The notes below the pieces were generated by a model, which saw only the letters and a list, made by a program, of their open reading frames with translations, searched no databases and was not told the origin of the DNA. Of a DNA stretch of 64,000 nucleotides, positions 38,665-48,161 are shown piece after piece. Source of the stretch: an uncultured Candidatus Saccharibacteria bacterium (lineage in GTDB: Bacteria > Patescibacteriota > Saccharimonadia > Saccharimonadales > CAIOMD01); contig CAZMHM010000002.1 in assembly GCA_964566135.1 (NCBI GenBank), forward strand, positions 66,309-130,308. The letters run 5' to 3'. The position numbers and the translations under genes are program-made. How positions within the stretch are numbered: position 1 is the first letter of the stretch; every line of letters begins with the position of its first letter.

Positions 38665-38879
38665 TTCTGCTTTGCCTTTTTACGTACTTTCGCAGTAACT
38701 GGCTTGGGTGCTTCTTGTTGCTTAGCCACCCTTGCAGCCTCGAGCTCTTCGAGATGCCTACGCAGTGCTTCCTCAGCTGGGCTCTTCTTAACATGTCTAT
38801 GAGCATGGCGAGCATACCAAACAAGTAAACCCACTGCCACTACTGCCTCGGCTACGATTAACCATCCAATAATACTCAT
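38661..38879 (-). CDS. small membrane protein with basic C-terminal tail
   Basis: TM helix MSIIGWLIVAEAVVAVGLLVWY; 4-nt overlap with rmuC start; start codon uncertain (listed ORF begins at a TTG). Confidence 0.45.
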   Translation of the reverse strand: MSIIGWLIVAEAVVAVGLLVWYARHAHRHVKKSPAEEALRRHLEELEAARVAKQQEAPKPVTAKVRKKAKQK

Positions 38880-39021
38880 CAACACTATTGTAGTGCAAAA
38901 CCTCTTATGCTGCGAGATAAAAATGTACAAACTTAAAACCGGGATGTTTCACCCGGCTTTATCGGAGACATGTAAGCCTCCATTTCTAGACTAAACCTGC
39001 ATGTATAAATTTACAAGTACG

Positions 39022-39047
39022 AAAACTGCCCCAGATTGGGGCAGTTT
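39022..39047. terminator. bidirectional rho-independent terminator
   Basis: AAAACTGCCCCAGATTGGGGCAGTTTT: 7-bp GC stem flanked by A-run and T-run. Confidence 0.65.
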
Positions 39048-39064
39048 TACAGCTTCATATATAA

Positions 39065-39643
39065 CTATTTCTTACCGTTATGCGCATCCTTTGCCATAAA
39101 GCCAAGTGCGATTTCCATCGAACCACTCACGAGGGCATAAAAGCCAACAACCCACACCCAAGCAAGTGTTGCGGCACCAGGGTACCAAACAACTATAAGA
39201 CCTGCGAGCACCGCTAGCGCACCGATGATTGCATTAAACCATCGAACGCCACCAGAGACTTGGCTATCAAATGCAAGCACAATACCAATTACACCACGTG
39301 TTACAAAACTGATAGCAATAAGGAGCGCCAGTGTTGCAACCGCCAACCCGCTACCAACGTGCCGCAGCAAGTATACTGATACACCAATTTCAAGCAGGCC
39401 TAGTACTAAGCGCAATAGAGCACCAAAAAAATTATGGCCAAACTTTCGTACTGAACGCACGATATTAATAACACCATCAATACCGATAAATACTGCCAAT
39501 AGCAGCGCAAGTACACCAACCGTAATTCCCGGCCAAATAATCGCTACAAAGCCAAAAATTACTGATAACACTCCTCCGACAACAAGCGTCCACCATGCTC
39601 GTTTGTCATCCTCTTCAAACTCATAGACTTCTGTCGTTGCCAT
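39065..39643 (-). CDS. HdeD-family (DUF308) acid-resistance membrane protein
   Basis: Six TM helices with repeated GxxxG-rich pattern typical of DUF308. Confidence 0.75.
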   Translation of the reverse strand: MATTEVYEFEEDDKRAWWTLVVGGVLSVIFGFVAIIWPGITVGVLALLLAVFIGIDGVINIVRSVRKFGHNFFGALLRLVLGLLEIGVSVYLLRHVGSGLAVATLALLIAISFVTRGVIGIVLAFDSQVSGGVRWFNAIIGALAVLAGLIVVWYPGAATLAWVWVVGFYALVSGSMEIALGFMAKDAHNGKK

Positions 39644-39701
39644 AGCCCGAATGCCTCCTTGTTAGTTATAGCCTTACTGTAAACGCACTTGCGGCATACG
39701 G

Positions 39702-40832
39702 TCAAGCTGTTTTATCAGTTTTACGTGGCTTTTTTGCGCGTTTAACGGGATGAGTAAGCATCTTTGAATCAACAAGTTCGTGCCTGTTTGAATAGGCACG
39801 TATTCCTTCTTGGGCAATTGCCGCAACCGGCAATGCTAATAGAGCACCTACCACCCCTGCAATACTGCCACCCGCCAAGGCTGCCCCAAACGCAACAGCC
39901 GGGTGTAGCTCCATGGTATGCGCAGTAATCTTTGGGCTTAAAAGATAGTTTTCTATTTGTTGATAAATGATAATAAAGATCAGTAGTACAAGCGCGGTCG
40001 ATGGGCTATGTAACAGTGCAACAAAGAGTGGCACAACAGCAGCCAGATATGTGCCAATTACGGGCAAAAACTGCGAAACGACTCCCATCCATAGCGCTAA
40101 CGGCAACGCAAACGGAACGTCTAAAACAATTAATACAAGAAAGGTGACAGTCGCTGACAATAGCCCAAGTAACGCTCGTGAATATATGTAAGCCCCCGTT
40201 TTTTCGATTGCAACTTCCCAGGTTTTAAGAATCACCTTCTGTTTATCTTGCGGCAAGAACGAACAGACAAAACGCCTAAATTGATGTGCATCTTTTACGA
40301 GGTAATAGGTAAATAAAATAATCGCTAAAACTTGTAATATGCCTACGAATATCTGCTTGCTGAGGCCAAAAATATTACCCGCGACGTCAGTGGCATAATT
40401 TGCGACGACAACATTTGCCGACTTTAACTGGTCGAGGAGATTATCCTGCGAGATTGTCAGGCCAAACCAATTATGTAGGGTATTTGCAATGCTCGTAAGC
40501 CAGCGTGGTGCGGTCTCAACAATACCATTTACCTGGCTAATAACAAGTGGCACCATCGCGCCAATAACAAGCCCCGCAGCAAGAATAAATCCAAAGATTA
40601 CTGTAACTGTTGCAATATTACGTTTCCATCCGCGATGAACAAGCCCATTTACGAGCGGTTCCAATGCAAATGAGATAAATAAGGCAATTAAAAGCCAGCT
40701 AATAAATGACGAGAGCTTCCAAAGTAAAAATATCGAGGCGCCAACGACAAGTACTGAAACAATAACCGTCACAACTAGACGTGGAATCCACGATGGCATT
40801 GCTTGAGTTGAGTTATTTTTTTGAGACCCCAT
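39702..40832 (-). CDS. AI-2E family transporter (UPF0118/PerM)
   Basis: 8-TM topology, conserved C-terminal LLALPVAAIAQ region. Confidence 0.8.
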   Translation of the reverse strand: MGSQKNNSTQAMPSWIPRLVVTVIVSVLVVGASIFLLWKLSSFISWLLIALFISFALEPLVNGLVHRGWKRNIATVTVIFGFILAAGLVIGAMVPLVISQVNGIVETAPRWLTSIANTLHNWFGLTISQDNLLDQLKSANVVVANYATDVAGNIFGLSKQIFVGILQVLAIILFTYYLVKDAHQFRRFVCSFLPQDKQKVILKTWEVAIEKTGAYIYSRALLGLLSATVTFLVLIVLDVPFALPLALWMGVVSQFLPVIGTYLAAVVPLFVALLHSPSTALVLLIFIIIYQQIENYLLSPKITAHTMELHPAVAFGAALAGGSIAGVVGALLALPVAAIAQEGIRAYSNRHELVDSKMLTHPVKRAKKPRKTDKTA

Positions 40833-40868
40833 ATACTACGCTTATTGTAGCATTATGAGATAGGGCCA

Positions 40869-42170
40869 TTACTTGTGTTTTGCTACTCTGCAGAATGATG
40901 CAATCACTTCAAGGGAAAGCACTGCGATGCCACTAGTGATTAAAGCGGTGATGACCCCGCTCGTTGTTGGAGGAATGCGAAGTGCAAATGCAGCATATGC
41001 AACCCCAGTAAGCGTCCAGGCAATCACTACTCTATTGTGGGCAACCCAAACTAGCCATTTTGGAGCCACTAGCCGTGAGGCAAACTTTCCGAAGATCCAA
41101 TCGAGCCCTTGGCGCATTTTGGTTCGCAGCCATACTATCCATGATTCACCCGAAGTTATCAGTATAACTCCAAGGACAGATGCAAATAATAGTGCGAAGC
41201 CTTGGGTTTGCTCAACAAGGCCAATCGAAATAATACGATATACAGCAGAACCTGCAGCCGCATATTGACCCGCCTCAAGGACGCTATTTACCTGTGTTGC
41301 CCCAATGCGAACCGCTAAGAGCGTTGCGAACATAAACAACAAGCTGAAACTAAGAAGGCCGATTACCATACTCCCTCGACGCTTGCTCAGGCCAATTGCA
41401 AGCAATGTAAATACGACTGATGCGATTGCAAGTTCTTTGGTTACCTTATCGAGAACATTCAATGCTTGTCTTGCTTTTGGTAGCCAGGTTATTTCTTTAA
41501 CCGTAATTGACCCTACTGAACTAGGCAGGTTCTTCCCAAACAGGAAGCCAATTTGGCTATCTTTTAATTTATCACCGACAGTAGTGTAGATTTCATCAAC
41601 ACTAATCTTGCCATCATTGTTTGGATTCTGAATATATGCAATAAGTTTTTCGTGAGTAGTGCTTAATACCGATGTCCATATCTCAGCAACTTGGGGGGTT
41701 TGGAGAACTTCGCCAATCTTATCAGTAGTGAAGCTCTTTACTTGGCCCGCAAATGGTGCCGCAATAAAATCAAGATTCTCTGGTAATACTTTTTCTAGTT
41801 CAGCCTGGACATCAATCCTACTGAAGATTTCATTAGAAATTTCTGTCTTCAGTGCGTTCTGCACATCTGGATCTTTAATAACTGGAGAGACAGCCGCAAC
41901 AAATTTATCATTATCAACAATGGTTTGTTGTGCCCAATACGAAACGTTAAACAACATAAACGCAACAATCGCTATAACTGCGCTGAGTCCTGCAAAGAAT
42001 GAGCGCCAAAAACTACGCTTTTTTACGACCGATTCTTTTTTCGTCTTTAAAATTGCAACTTCTTGTTTCAAAAGATCGTTCTCCTGCTTAAGAAGCGCCA
42101 ACTCCTTTGCGGAGTTCTTACTTGTTGCGCTAGATGATTTACCTGCTTTGTTCTGTGCACTACGGGCCAT
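40869..42170 (-). CDS. hypothetical membrane protein with N-terminal coiled-coil and C-terminal polytopic domain
   Basis: LALLKQENDLLKQEVAILK heptads; >=6 TM segments. Confidence 0.7.
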   Translation of the reverse strand: MARSAQNKAGKSSSATSKNSAKELALLKQENDLLKQEVAILKTKKESVVKKRSFWRSFFAGLSAVIAIVAFMLFNVSYWAQQTIVDNDKFVAAVSPVIKDPDVQNALKTEISNEIFSRIDVQAELEKVLPENLDFIAAPFAGQVKSFTTDKIGEVLQTPQVAEIWTSVLSTTHEKLIAYIQNPNNDGKISVDEIYTTVGDKLKDSQIGFLFGKNLPSSVGSITVKEITWLPKARQALNVLDKVTKELAIASVVFTLLAIGLSKRRGSMVIGLLSFSLLFMFATLLAVRIGATQVNSVLEAGQYAAAGSAVYRIISIGLVEQTQGFALLFASVLGVILITSGESWIVWLRTKMRQGLDWIFGKFASRLVAPKWLVWVAHNRVVIAWTLTGVAYAAFALRIPPTTSGVITALITSGIAVLSLEVIASFCRVAKHK

Positions 42171-42294
42171 TTGTCGCTCCCTTGCTCTTTCAAAATAATT
42201 ATGTCACAATATTGCTCAAAGTCAACATAATTTCAAACAATAAAATTTGCCCGATACTCCTCGTGCCATATAATAAGCACAAAGAGGAAACAAT

Positions 42295-43407
42295 ATGACT
42301 AATTCCAAGAAACGCACCCTATCAATCGCCGTAATTATTGCACTGATTTTTGGTGCTTACTTTCTACGTGGCTACTTCTCACTTATCGCCCTTGCCGCTA
42401 TCTTGGCTTTTATCTATAACCCTAGCTATTTGTGGATTATGCGTAAAACCAACGGCAAATCAGGTATTTCAATTGCACTGACAATGTTATTTGCGCTCTT
42501 CACAATTATCATCCCCTTGGCTGTTTTACTTGCCTTAACTGTTAACCAGGCTATCGAGTTCGTTGATGCCGTTAAAAAGGCCAACATTGACAGCAATTCC
42601 CTACACCAAACCATTACAAACCTACTTGATTCGGCAAATCATGCAGTTCATAGAATCCCAGGTATGACGAACACCAACCTTAGTTTTGATTCAATTTTTT
42701 CTTGGGTCAAGGATAACATTTCTGGCTTTACTAAGTCGGTAGCGAGCTATTTATTATCGTTCCTCGGTGGCTTTAGCACCTTCTTTACAAAAGCAATTAT
42801 CTTTATTTTTGTGTTTATGTCGATGCTTAAAAACCAAGAGGCTATTCTTCGTACCGTTAAAAAATTAAACCCACTCGGCGAAGATGTATCAGAACTCTAC
42901 CAAGAGAAAATATCTGCAATGACAAAAGCAATGGTCAAAGGTCAGTTTATAATTGCATTCTGTCAAGGGCTTGTAGACGCGCTACTCCTTTGGGCAGTCG
43001 GCATAGACTATTTCTTCTTCTGGCTCGTGCTTCTTACGTTCTTATCAATTATTCCGCTCGGTGGTGGTATTGTGGTAATTCCTGTTGGTATTGCCATGAT
43101 ACTTACTGGTCATATCTGGCAAGGGCTTGTTTTGATTCTGGGTCATATTCTCATCGTGACTAATATAGATAATGTTCTACGCCCTCGCTTGGTGCCAAAA
43201 ACTGCTCGGCTAGATTCCGCACTTACAATTCTTTCAGTTTTTGCAGGAATCGCAATGTTTGGTTTCTTAGGAATAGTTATTGGACCTGTGGTTATGATTG
43301 TGATTGTGACCACTGTTCAGGGGTATATGCAGCTCGTCGAAACAAACAAGGCTGAAGACGCAAAGTCGCCTATGGCGAAACTGTTTAAGGGTAAAAAAAC
43401 GAAGTAA
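42295..43407 (+). CDS. AI-2E family transporter (second paralog)
   Basis: AAGAGGA SD; AI-2E-like topology. Confidence 0.8.
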   Translation: MTNSKKRTLSIAVIIALIFGAYFLRGYFSLIALAAILAFIYNPSYLWIMRKTNGKSGISIALTMLFALFTIIIPLAVLLALTVNQAIEFVDAVKKANIDSNSLHQTITNLLDSANHAVHRIPGMTNTNLSFDSIFSWVKDNISGFTKSVASYLLSFLGGFSTFFTKAIIFIFVFMSMLKNQEAILRTVKKLNPLGEDVSELYQEKISAMTKAMVKGQFIIAFCQGLVDALLLWAVGIDYFFFWLVLLTFLSIIPLGGGIVVIPVGIAMILTGHIWQGLVLILGHILIVTNIDNVLRPRLVPKTARLDSALTILSVFAGIAMFGFLGIVIGPVVMIVIVTTVQGYMQLVETNKAEDAKSPMAKLFKGKKTK

Positions 43408-43869
43408 CTATTTAGTCGCTTTAGCTGCTTGTTTGCTTAGATATATTCTAAGACCAAACAAAACATTGATTGCAAGGAAAGAAACAAACGACATGAATGG
43501 TATGGTCATAAAGCCAAACCAGTTAATTTGGACGTCCGTACACGAAACCGCAGAGTTTATCGAACAATCAACGATTGTTTCACGAATAACTCCCCACTGC
43601 AGTAGCGTGTGATAAAAAGCAATTATCATTCCCGTAATACTAAGTGGCAGCACGTAGTACATAACCTTAGGGTCTTTGCGTAGAATTGCAACCGACATGA
43701 TAAATGCTGTTGGGTACATAAAGATACGTTGCCACCAACAAAGCATGCAAGGCTGTAGTTTCATGACCTCACTAAAGTACAGACTCCCAAACAGCGACCC
43801 CGTCGCAATAAACCAGACAAAATAATCACTGTAGCCATCAAGTTTTTCAAGATATTTTTTTATGTTCAT
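43408..43869 (-). CDS. disulfide bond formation protein B (BdbC/DsbB-like)
   Basis: LQPCMLCWWQR and second Cys pair in loop (DCS...SC). Confidence 0.8.
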   Translation of the reverse strand: MNIKKYLEKLDGYSDYFVWFIATGSLFGSLYFSEVMKLQPCMLCWWQRIFMYPTAFIMSVAILRKDPKVMYYVLPLSITGMIIAFYHTLLQWGVIRETIVDCSINSAVSCTDVQINWFGFMTIPFMSFVSFLAINVLFGLRIYLSKQAAKATK

Positions 43870-43948
43870 GTAACCTCCAAATATTCATATACAGTATATC
43901 AAAATCGCCCCCGGTATGGAGGCGATTTTTGTAAGACTACCTGTTTCC

Positions 43949-44236
43949 CTAAAGCAGGTCGTTCAAGTCTTGATCTAGAGAGCTACTATCAAGATCGGCA
44001 TCAACAGTTGCACTATCAAGCGTCGTTTGTACTTTTTCAACATCGCTTTTTGAAGTTATCGGAGCAATTTCAGATTGCGATGCAACCGTATTAGTTGATG
44101 TGGCAGTTTTTGCAGTCGAAAGCGACTTTTGGGCGTCAAACACCCTCCACCCGATAAGACCAACAAGGCCTACAATCACCGCAATAAGTAATACAGCTAC
44201 AACCGAAAATCCATTTTGTGAAGATTGAGGTTTCAT
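43949..44236 (-). CDS. small secreted/membrane-anchored protein with pilin-like hydrophobic N-terminus
   Basis: NGFSVVAVLLIAVIVGLVGLIGW then Ser/Thr/Asp-rich tail. Confidence 0.5.
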   Translation of the reverse strand: MKPQSSQNGFSVVAVLLIAVIVGLVGLIGWRVFDAQKSLSTAKTATSTNTVASQSEIAPITSKSDVEKVQTTLDSATVDADLDSSSLDQDLNDLL

Positions 44237-44238
44237 TA

Positions 44239-44988
44239 TTAGTTACCTGCTGGAGTAGAAGAGGTACTACTGTTAGTTGTTGATGGTGTTGCGGTAGTCG
44301 TTGCAGGTGGAATACTTGCCTTGACTGCAACAATCAAATCCTTGATGGATGTGCGGTATGTCTTAAGTGAATCGCGAGTGCTCTTTAAGGCCTCGCGGAA
44401 TGCGGCAACCTTATTAGCAGCGGCATCAACTTGCGTACAATCAACAGTGGTATCAAATCCCTTAAGTGTTGCAATCGCGGCATCTGCGTTGGCCTGAGCA
44501 GTATCAACATTGGCTACGAGTGTTGCATAGTTGGCCGTATCAAGCTTTTTAGCGTCATGGAAATCTTTTACTCGTGTAAAAATCTTATCAAACACTGCCT
44601 TGTGCTTGGTAGCATCGGCAACTTTCTTGTTAAGCTTCTTTGTTAATTCTGCAGAACGACTTTCGCAAGACTTCTGGCGCTCTTGTTCGGTGTGCTTTTT
44701 AGCATCTTCCTTCTTTGCTTCAAGAGCCTTTATCTCTGTCTTTGCTTTTTCGTTAAGACTTTCAATGCGACTCTTTACTTCAGACGTAGATAAGCTTTTA
44801 TGCACCTCTACTTCTGTCTCTGTCTCGTCTTCAGCCGTCTTACTAGATGAACTTGATTTGCCAGAACCAGAACCCGAGCCTGACGTTGAATCGTCTCCGT
44901 TCCTCGCGTAAGCTGGCGCCGTAGCGATGAGCGGGACGGCGATGACAGACAGCAACAGAAGTGCCGTCCGACGAATAGTTTGTTTCAT
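44239..44988 (-). CDS. secreted coiled-coil protein with Sec signal peptide
   Basis: AAGGAG SD 9 nt upstream of MKQTIRR start; signal peptide ...IATAPAYA|RN; Gly/Ser linker; K/E-rich helices. Confidence 0.7.
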   Translation of the reverse strand: MKQTIRRTALLLLSVIAVPLIATAPAYARNGDDSTSGSGSGSGKSSSSSKTAEDETETEVEVHKSLSTSEVKSRIESLNEKAKTEIKALEAKKEDAKKHTEQERQKSCESRSAELTKKLNKKVADATKHKAVFDKIFTRVKDFHDAKKLDTANYATLVANVDTAQANADAAIATLKGFDTTVDCTQVDAAANKVAAFREALKSTRDSLKTYRTSIKDLIVAVKASIPPATTTATPSTTNSSTSSTPAGN

Positions 44989-45122
44989 ATGCTTGTTCTC
45001 CTTAGTTTTTATATGCATGCGTTTGTGCTTAATGCATATGGTTACATACTTTTACAATCCCTACAACTACTAATGTATTAGTAATTGGAGCTGTATGTTG
45101 AAACGAAGTGTCATATAGTTTG

Positions 45123-46226
45123 TTACAAAGTTTTTACAATTTGCTCCCAAGGATACTCAGCATGCCCAAAATGACCATAGGACGCAGTTTGTTGATAAAT
45201 CGGCCTTCGCAACTGAAACGCGGTAATAATTCCCGCCACCGAGCAGTCCAGTAAGTCATCTGCAAAGTTGCGAATAGTTTGTTTTTCGGTTGTTTCGGTG
45301 TTAAACGTTTCAATTTCTTTAATAATCGGCGCTTTGGCTCCAATATAATATGCAAGACAAACCTCGGCACGCTTAGCGAGGCCTGCCGCGACAATGTTTT
45401 TGGCAATGTATCGTGCGGCATACGCTCCAGACCTATCTACTTTACTTGGATCTTTGCCAGAAAATGCACCACCGCCTACTCTTGCTGCACCTCCGTAGGT
45501 GTCAACAACAATCTTTCGTCCCGTAAGACCGACATCGCTTGCTGGGCCAGGCTGGTGCCAAACACCAGTACCATTAATAATGACTTCTTTTGGTAGCGAT
45601 AAACCATAAGCACCAAGCACCGGACTGATAACACATTCTGTTATATCTTTCGTGACTTGTTCTAGCGAGACATCTTCGTTGTGTGGTACAGCAATGGTGA
45701 TATGTTCGGTTTCATACTTGGTGCCATCAAATGCGAGGACTACCTGCGACTTACCGTCGGGACGCAAATAGGGCAATGTAGTAGCTCTGGCTATATCAAT
45801 TGCATGGGTCAACTTATGGGCAACAGTAATTGCTAGGGGAGTAAGTTCTGGGGTCTCATCGGTGGCATAGCCATACATAAGTCCCTGGTCGCCAGCGCCA
45901 CCATCATCAACGCCAACAGCAATTTCAGGAGATTGCTCATGCAGTAAATTAATTACTGGGGATGTGCTACTGAACCCCCACTCGGGATGTACGTACCCCT
46001 CTTTAGCGATTACCGAGCGAGCAATAGCCTCGTAGTCAAGCTGTGCTTTAGCGGTAATTTCCCCGGCAAGTACAATATGATCTTGGGCAAGCAACGTCTC
46101 AGCCGCAACTCGCGAACTTGGGTCAGCTGCAAGCGCCGCGTCTAAAATTGCATCACTAATCTGGTCGGCAAGTTTATCTGGATGCCCTGCACAGACTGAC
46201 TCACTGACAATATATTTTTTTGGCAT
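45123..46226 (-). CDS. metK: S-adenosylmethionine synthetase
   Basis: GHPDK, GGGAFSGKDPSKVDRS motifs; GAAAGG SD. Confidence 0.95.
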   Translation of the reverse strand: MPKKYIVSESVCAGHPDKLADQISDAILDAALAADPSSRVAAETLLAQDHIVLAGEITAKAQLDYEAIARSVIAKEGYVHPEWGFSSTSPVINLLHEQSPEIAVGVDDGGAGDQGLMYGYATDETPELTPLAITVAHKLTHAIDIARATTLPYLRPDGKSQVVLAFDGTKYETEHITIAVPHNEDVSLEQVTKDITECVISPVLGAYGLSLPKEVIINGTGVWHQPGPASDVGLTGRKIVVDTYGGAARVGGGAFSGKDPSKVDRSGAYAARYIAKNIVAAGLAKRAEVCLAYYIGAKAPIIKEIETFNTETTEKQTIRNFADDLLDCSVAGIITAFQLRRPIYQQTASYGHFGHAEYPWEQIVKTL

Positions 46227-46269
46227 AAAAAAACCTTTCATAATGCTCACGCGAGTGCTGCACCTATAA

Positions 46270-46400
46270 AAGGATGAAACATATATCTTTCCGCATACGC
46301 GGACTAGATGGGGCACCGTTCCGATTAAGGGGTGGTTGCCGGCGGGTCATAGAGCTAGTTCTCTCACCGCACTCACGATATCAAATTGTTAACTGCTAAA
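46270..46400 (-). promoter_or_regulatory. candidate SAM riboswitch (SAM-I/IV clan) in metK leader
   Basis: Minus-strand leader contains GCCGGCAACC...GGUGCCCC core resembling SAM-I/IV; about 200-nt 5' UTR. Confidence 0.4.
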
Positions 46401-46432
46401 TTGTAGCACGGCCGTTTGCATAAACACAAACG
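46396..46432 (-). terminator. terminator hairpin after FAD-oxidase gene
   Basis: ACGGCCGTTTG/CAAACGGCCGT 11-bp stem, loop TGTTTATG, weak T-tract. Confidence 0.5.
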
Positions 46433-46444
46433 GCCGTAGATTAA

Positions 46445-48097
46445 TTAGAAATGTTCACGCAAATGGGACATACTAAAGTCCCAGTCGCTATCGGTTTTCT
46501 TATGTGGATTAAAGATATTTGCTGGATCAAAAATCTCTTTCACTGTTTTAAAGTGCGCAAATATTTCTGGACCATACATATCTTCAAGCCACGGACCTCT
46601 GATCATGCCATCATTATGCTCGCCGCTTAAACTACCGCCATATTTCAGTACAAGCGCATTGATTTCACGCATAGCAGGCTCGAGTTTGGCTTTTTCTTTC
46701 GGATCCTCAATCTTCATCAGTGGAATAATATGGAAGTTACCATCCCCCATATGTCCAGCTATTGTTGCGAGCAGCTTATATTTGCTAATGATTTGACGAA
46801 CTTCAGGCAAAAATTGCGGCAAGGTTGCTGGCGGCACAATCAAGTCATCCATAAATGGTGCTGTGTGCTTATCTTTAACCTTCTTCCGAAGAATCTGGAA
46901 GCTTTCGCGGCGCATAATCCAGAACTTCTTTGCTTTTGCTTCTGTAGCATCTTCTTCGAACAAGGCTTCGTGACCAAACGGTTTTAGAGCCTCATGCATC
47001 GCTTTTACTTTTGCTCGTGTCTCTTCCGGCGATGGGCTGTTAAATTCAATCAGTAGCACCATCTTGGGAATGCCACGAAGTAACATCAAGGCGTCAGGAA
47101 TCAACTTAAACGCGAGCTTAATCATACCCCACCAACCAAGTGTTTTCCTGAAGAAGAAGAACAATTTAAAGCTCAACATCAATGTGTAATTATCAAATCC
47201 TTCGAACGTAGATGGATTGTATTCAAGCACTTTATCAATTAATTCGCCCAAATCATCAATACTTCGTAAAAATACAACAAGGGTGCCCGAGTTTTGAGGA
47301 GCCGGCACAAGCTTGAAATTGATGTCCGTGACGAGACCTAATGTACCTTGCGAACCAACGATTAAGCGAGTTAAGTCAAAAATGCCCGTTTCACGGTCCC
47401 AAACGTTCCATAAATGATAGCCGGTTGAGTCTTTGCTAACGTGAGGTTTAGCTGCTTTAATAGCATCATAATTCGTATCGACTAGCTCAAAAACTTTACG
47501 GTAAATCTCGCCCTCGTAATCTCCTTGCGCAATCTTTGCATCAAGTTCGGCTTTTGTAAGCGCTTTAACGGCATACTCGTTACCATCGCCAAAAACAACT
47601 TTTAATTCATTGATAAACTCTTCAGTTTTTCCAAATTGTAATGATTTTTCACCGCCAGCATTGTTGGCTACCATACCACCTATTGTGCACAGGTCTCGTG
47701 AGGCAGGATAGCTTGGCATGATTGCGTCGTTTTTCAAGGTCTCTTTTTCAAAGTCCCGGTACCACATTCCAGGCTGAGCACTTGCCGATGTCGCCGATGC
47801 AACACCAAACGCATTCATATGTTTATTAAAATCAACGACTATCGATTCGCCAACCGCACCGCCGGACATGCATGTTCCACCACTCCGCGCTGTGATAGCA
47901 AGATTGGGTTGGTCTTTTTTATTTTTTGCAACGTACGAGACAATCGCTTTAATATCTTCTGCTGAATTTGGATACACGATAACTTCTGGCTTTAGCTCGA
48001 ACATGCTTGCATCGTGACTATAAAATTCACGCGACTCTTCACTTGTATCGACTTCACCAGAAATAATATCTTGTATTTGTTTTGCTAAATTTTCCAT
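46445..48097 (-). CDS. FAD-linked oxidase (GlcD / D-lactate dehydrogenase family)
   Basis: FAD-binding PCMH domain (ARSGGTCMSGGAVG) plus C-terminal oxidase domain. Confidence 0.85.
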   Translation of the reverse strand: MENLAKQIQDIISGEVDTSEESREFYSHDASMFELKPEVIVYPNSAEDIKAIVSYVAKNKKDQPNLAITARSGGTCMSGGAVGESIVVDFNKHMNAFGVASATSASAQPGMWYRDFEKETLKNDAIMPSYPASRDLCTIGGMVANNAGGEKSLQFGKTEEFINELKVVFGDGNEYAVKALTKAELDAKIAQGDYEGEIYRKVFELVDTNYDAIKAAKPHVSKDSTGYHLWNVWDRETGIFDLTRLIVGSQGTLGLVTDINFKLVPAPQNSGTLVVFLRSIDDLGELIDKVLEYNPSTFEGFDNYTLMLSFKLFFFFRKTLGWWGMIKLAFKLIPDALMLLRGIPKMVLLIEFNSPSPEETRAKVKAMHEALKPFGHEALFEEDATEAKAKKFWIMRRESFQILRKKVKDKHTAPFMDDLIVPPATLPQFLPEVRQIISKYKLLATIAGHMGDGNFHIIPLMKIEDPKEKAKLEPAMREINALVLKYGGSLSGEHNDGMIRGPWLEDMYGPEIFAHFKTVKEIFDPANIFNPHKKTDSDWDFSMSHLREHF

Positions 48098-48161
48098 CCC
48101 TTATAGATTACCTCGAACAAATCACAAGCGCAATGGCGCAATTATTGATACAATACTGCTT

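Noticed and set aside
43949-44236. Type IV pilin call for the 95-aa protein
   Set aside because: The hydrophobic N-terminus resembles a pilin, but the canonical G-F-T-L-I-E prepilin cleavage motif with Glu at +5 is absent; kept only as pilin-like.
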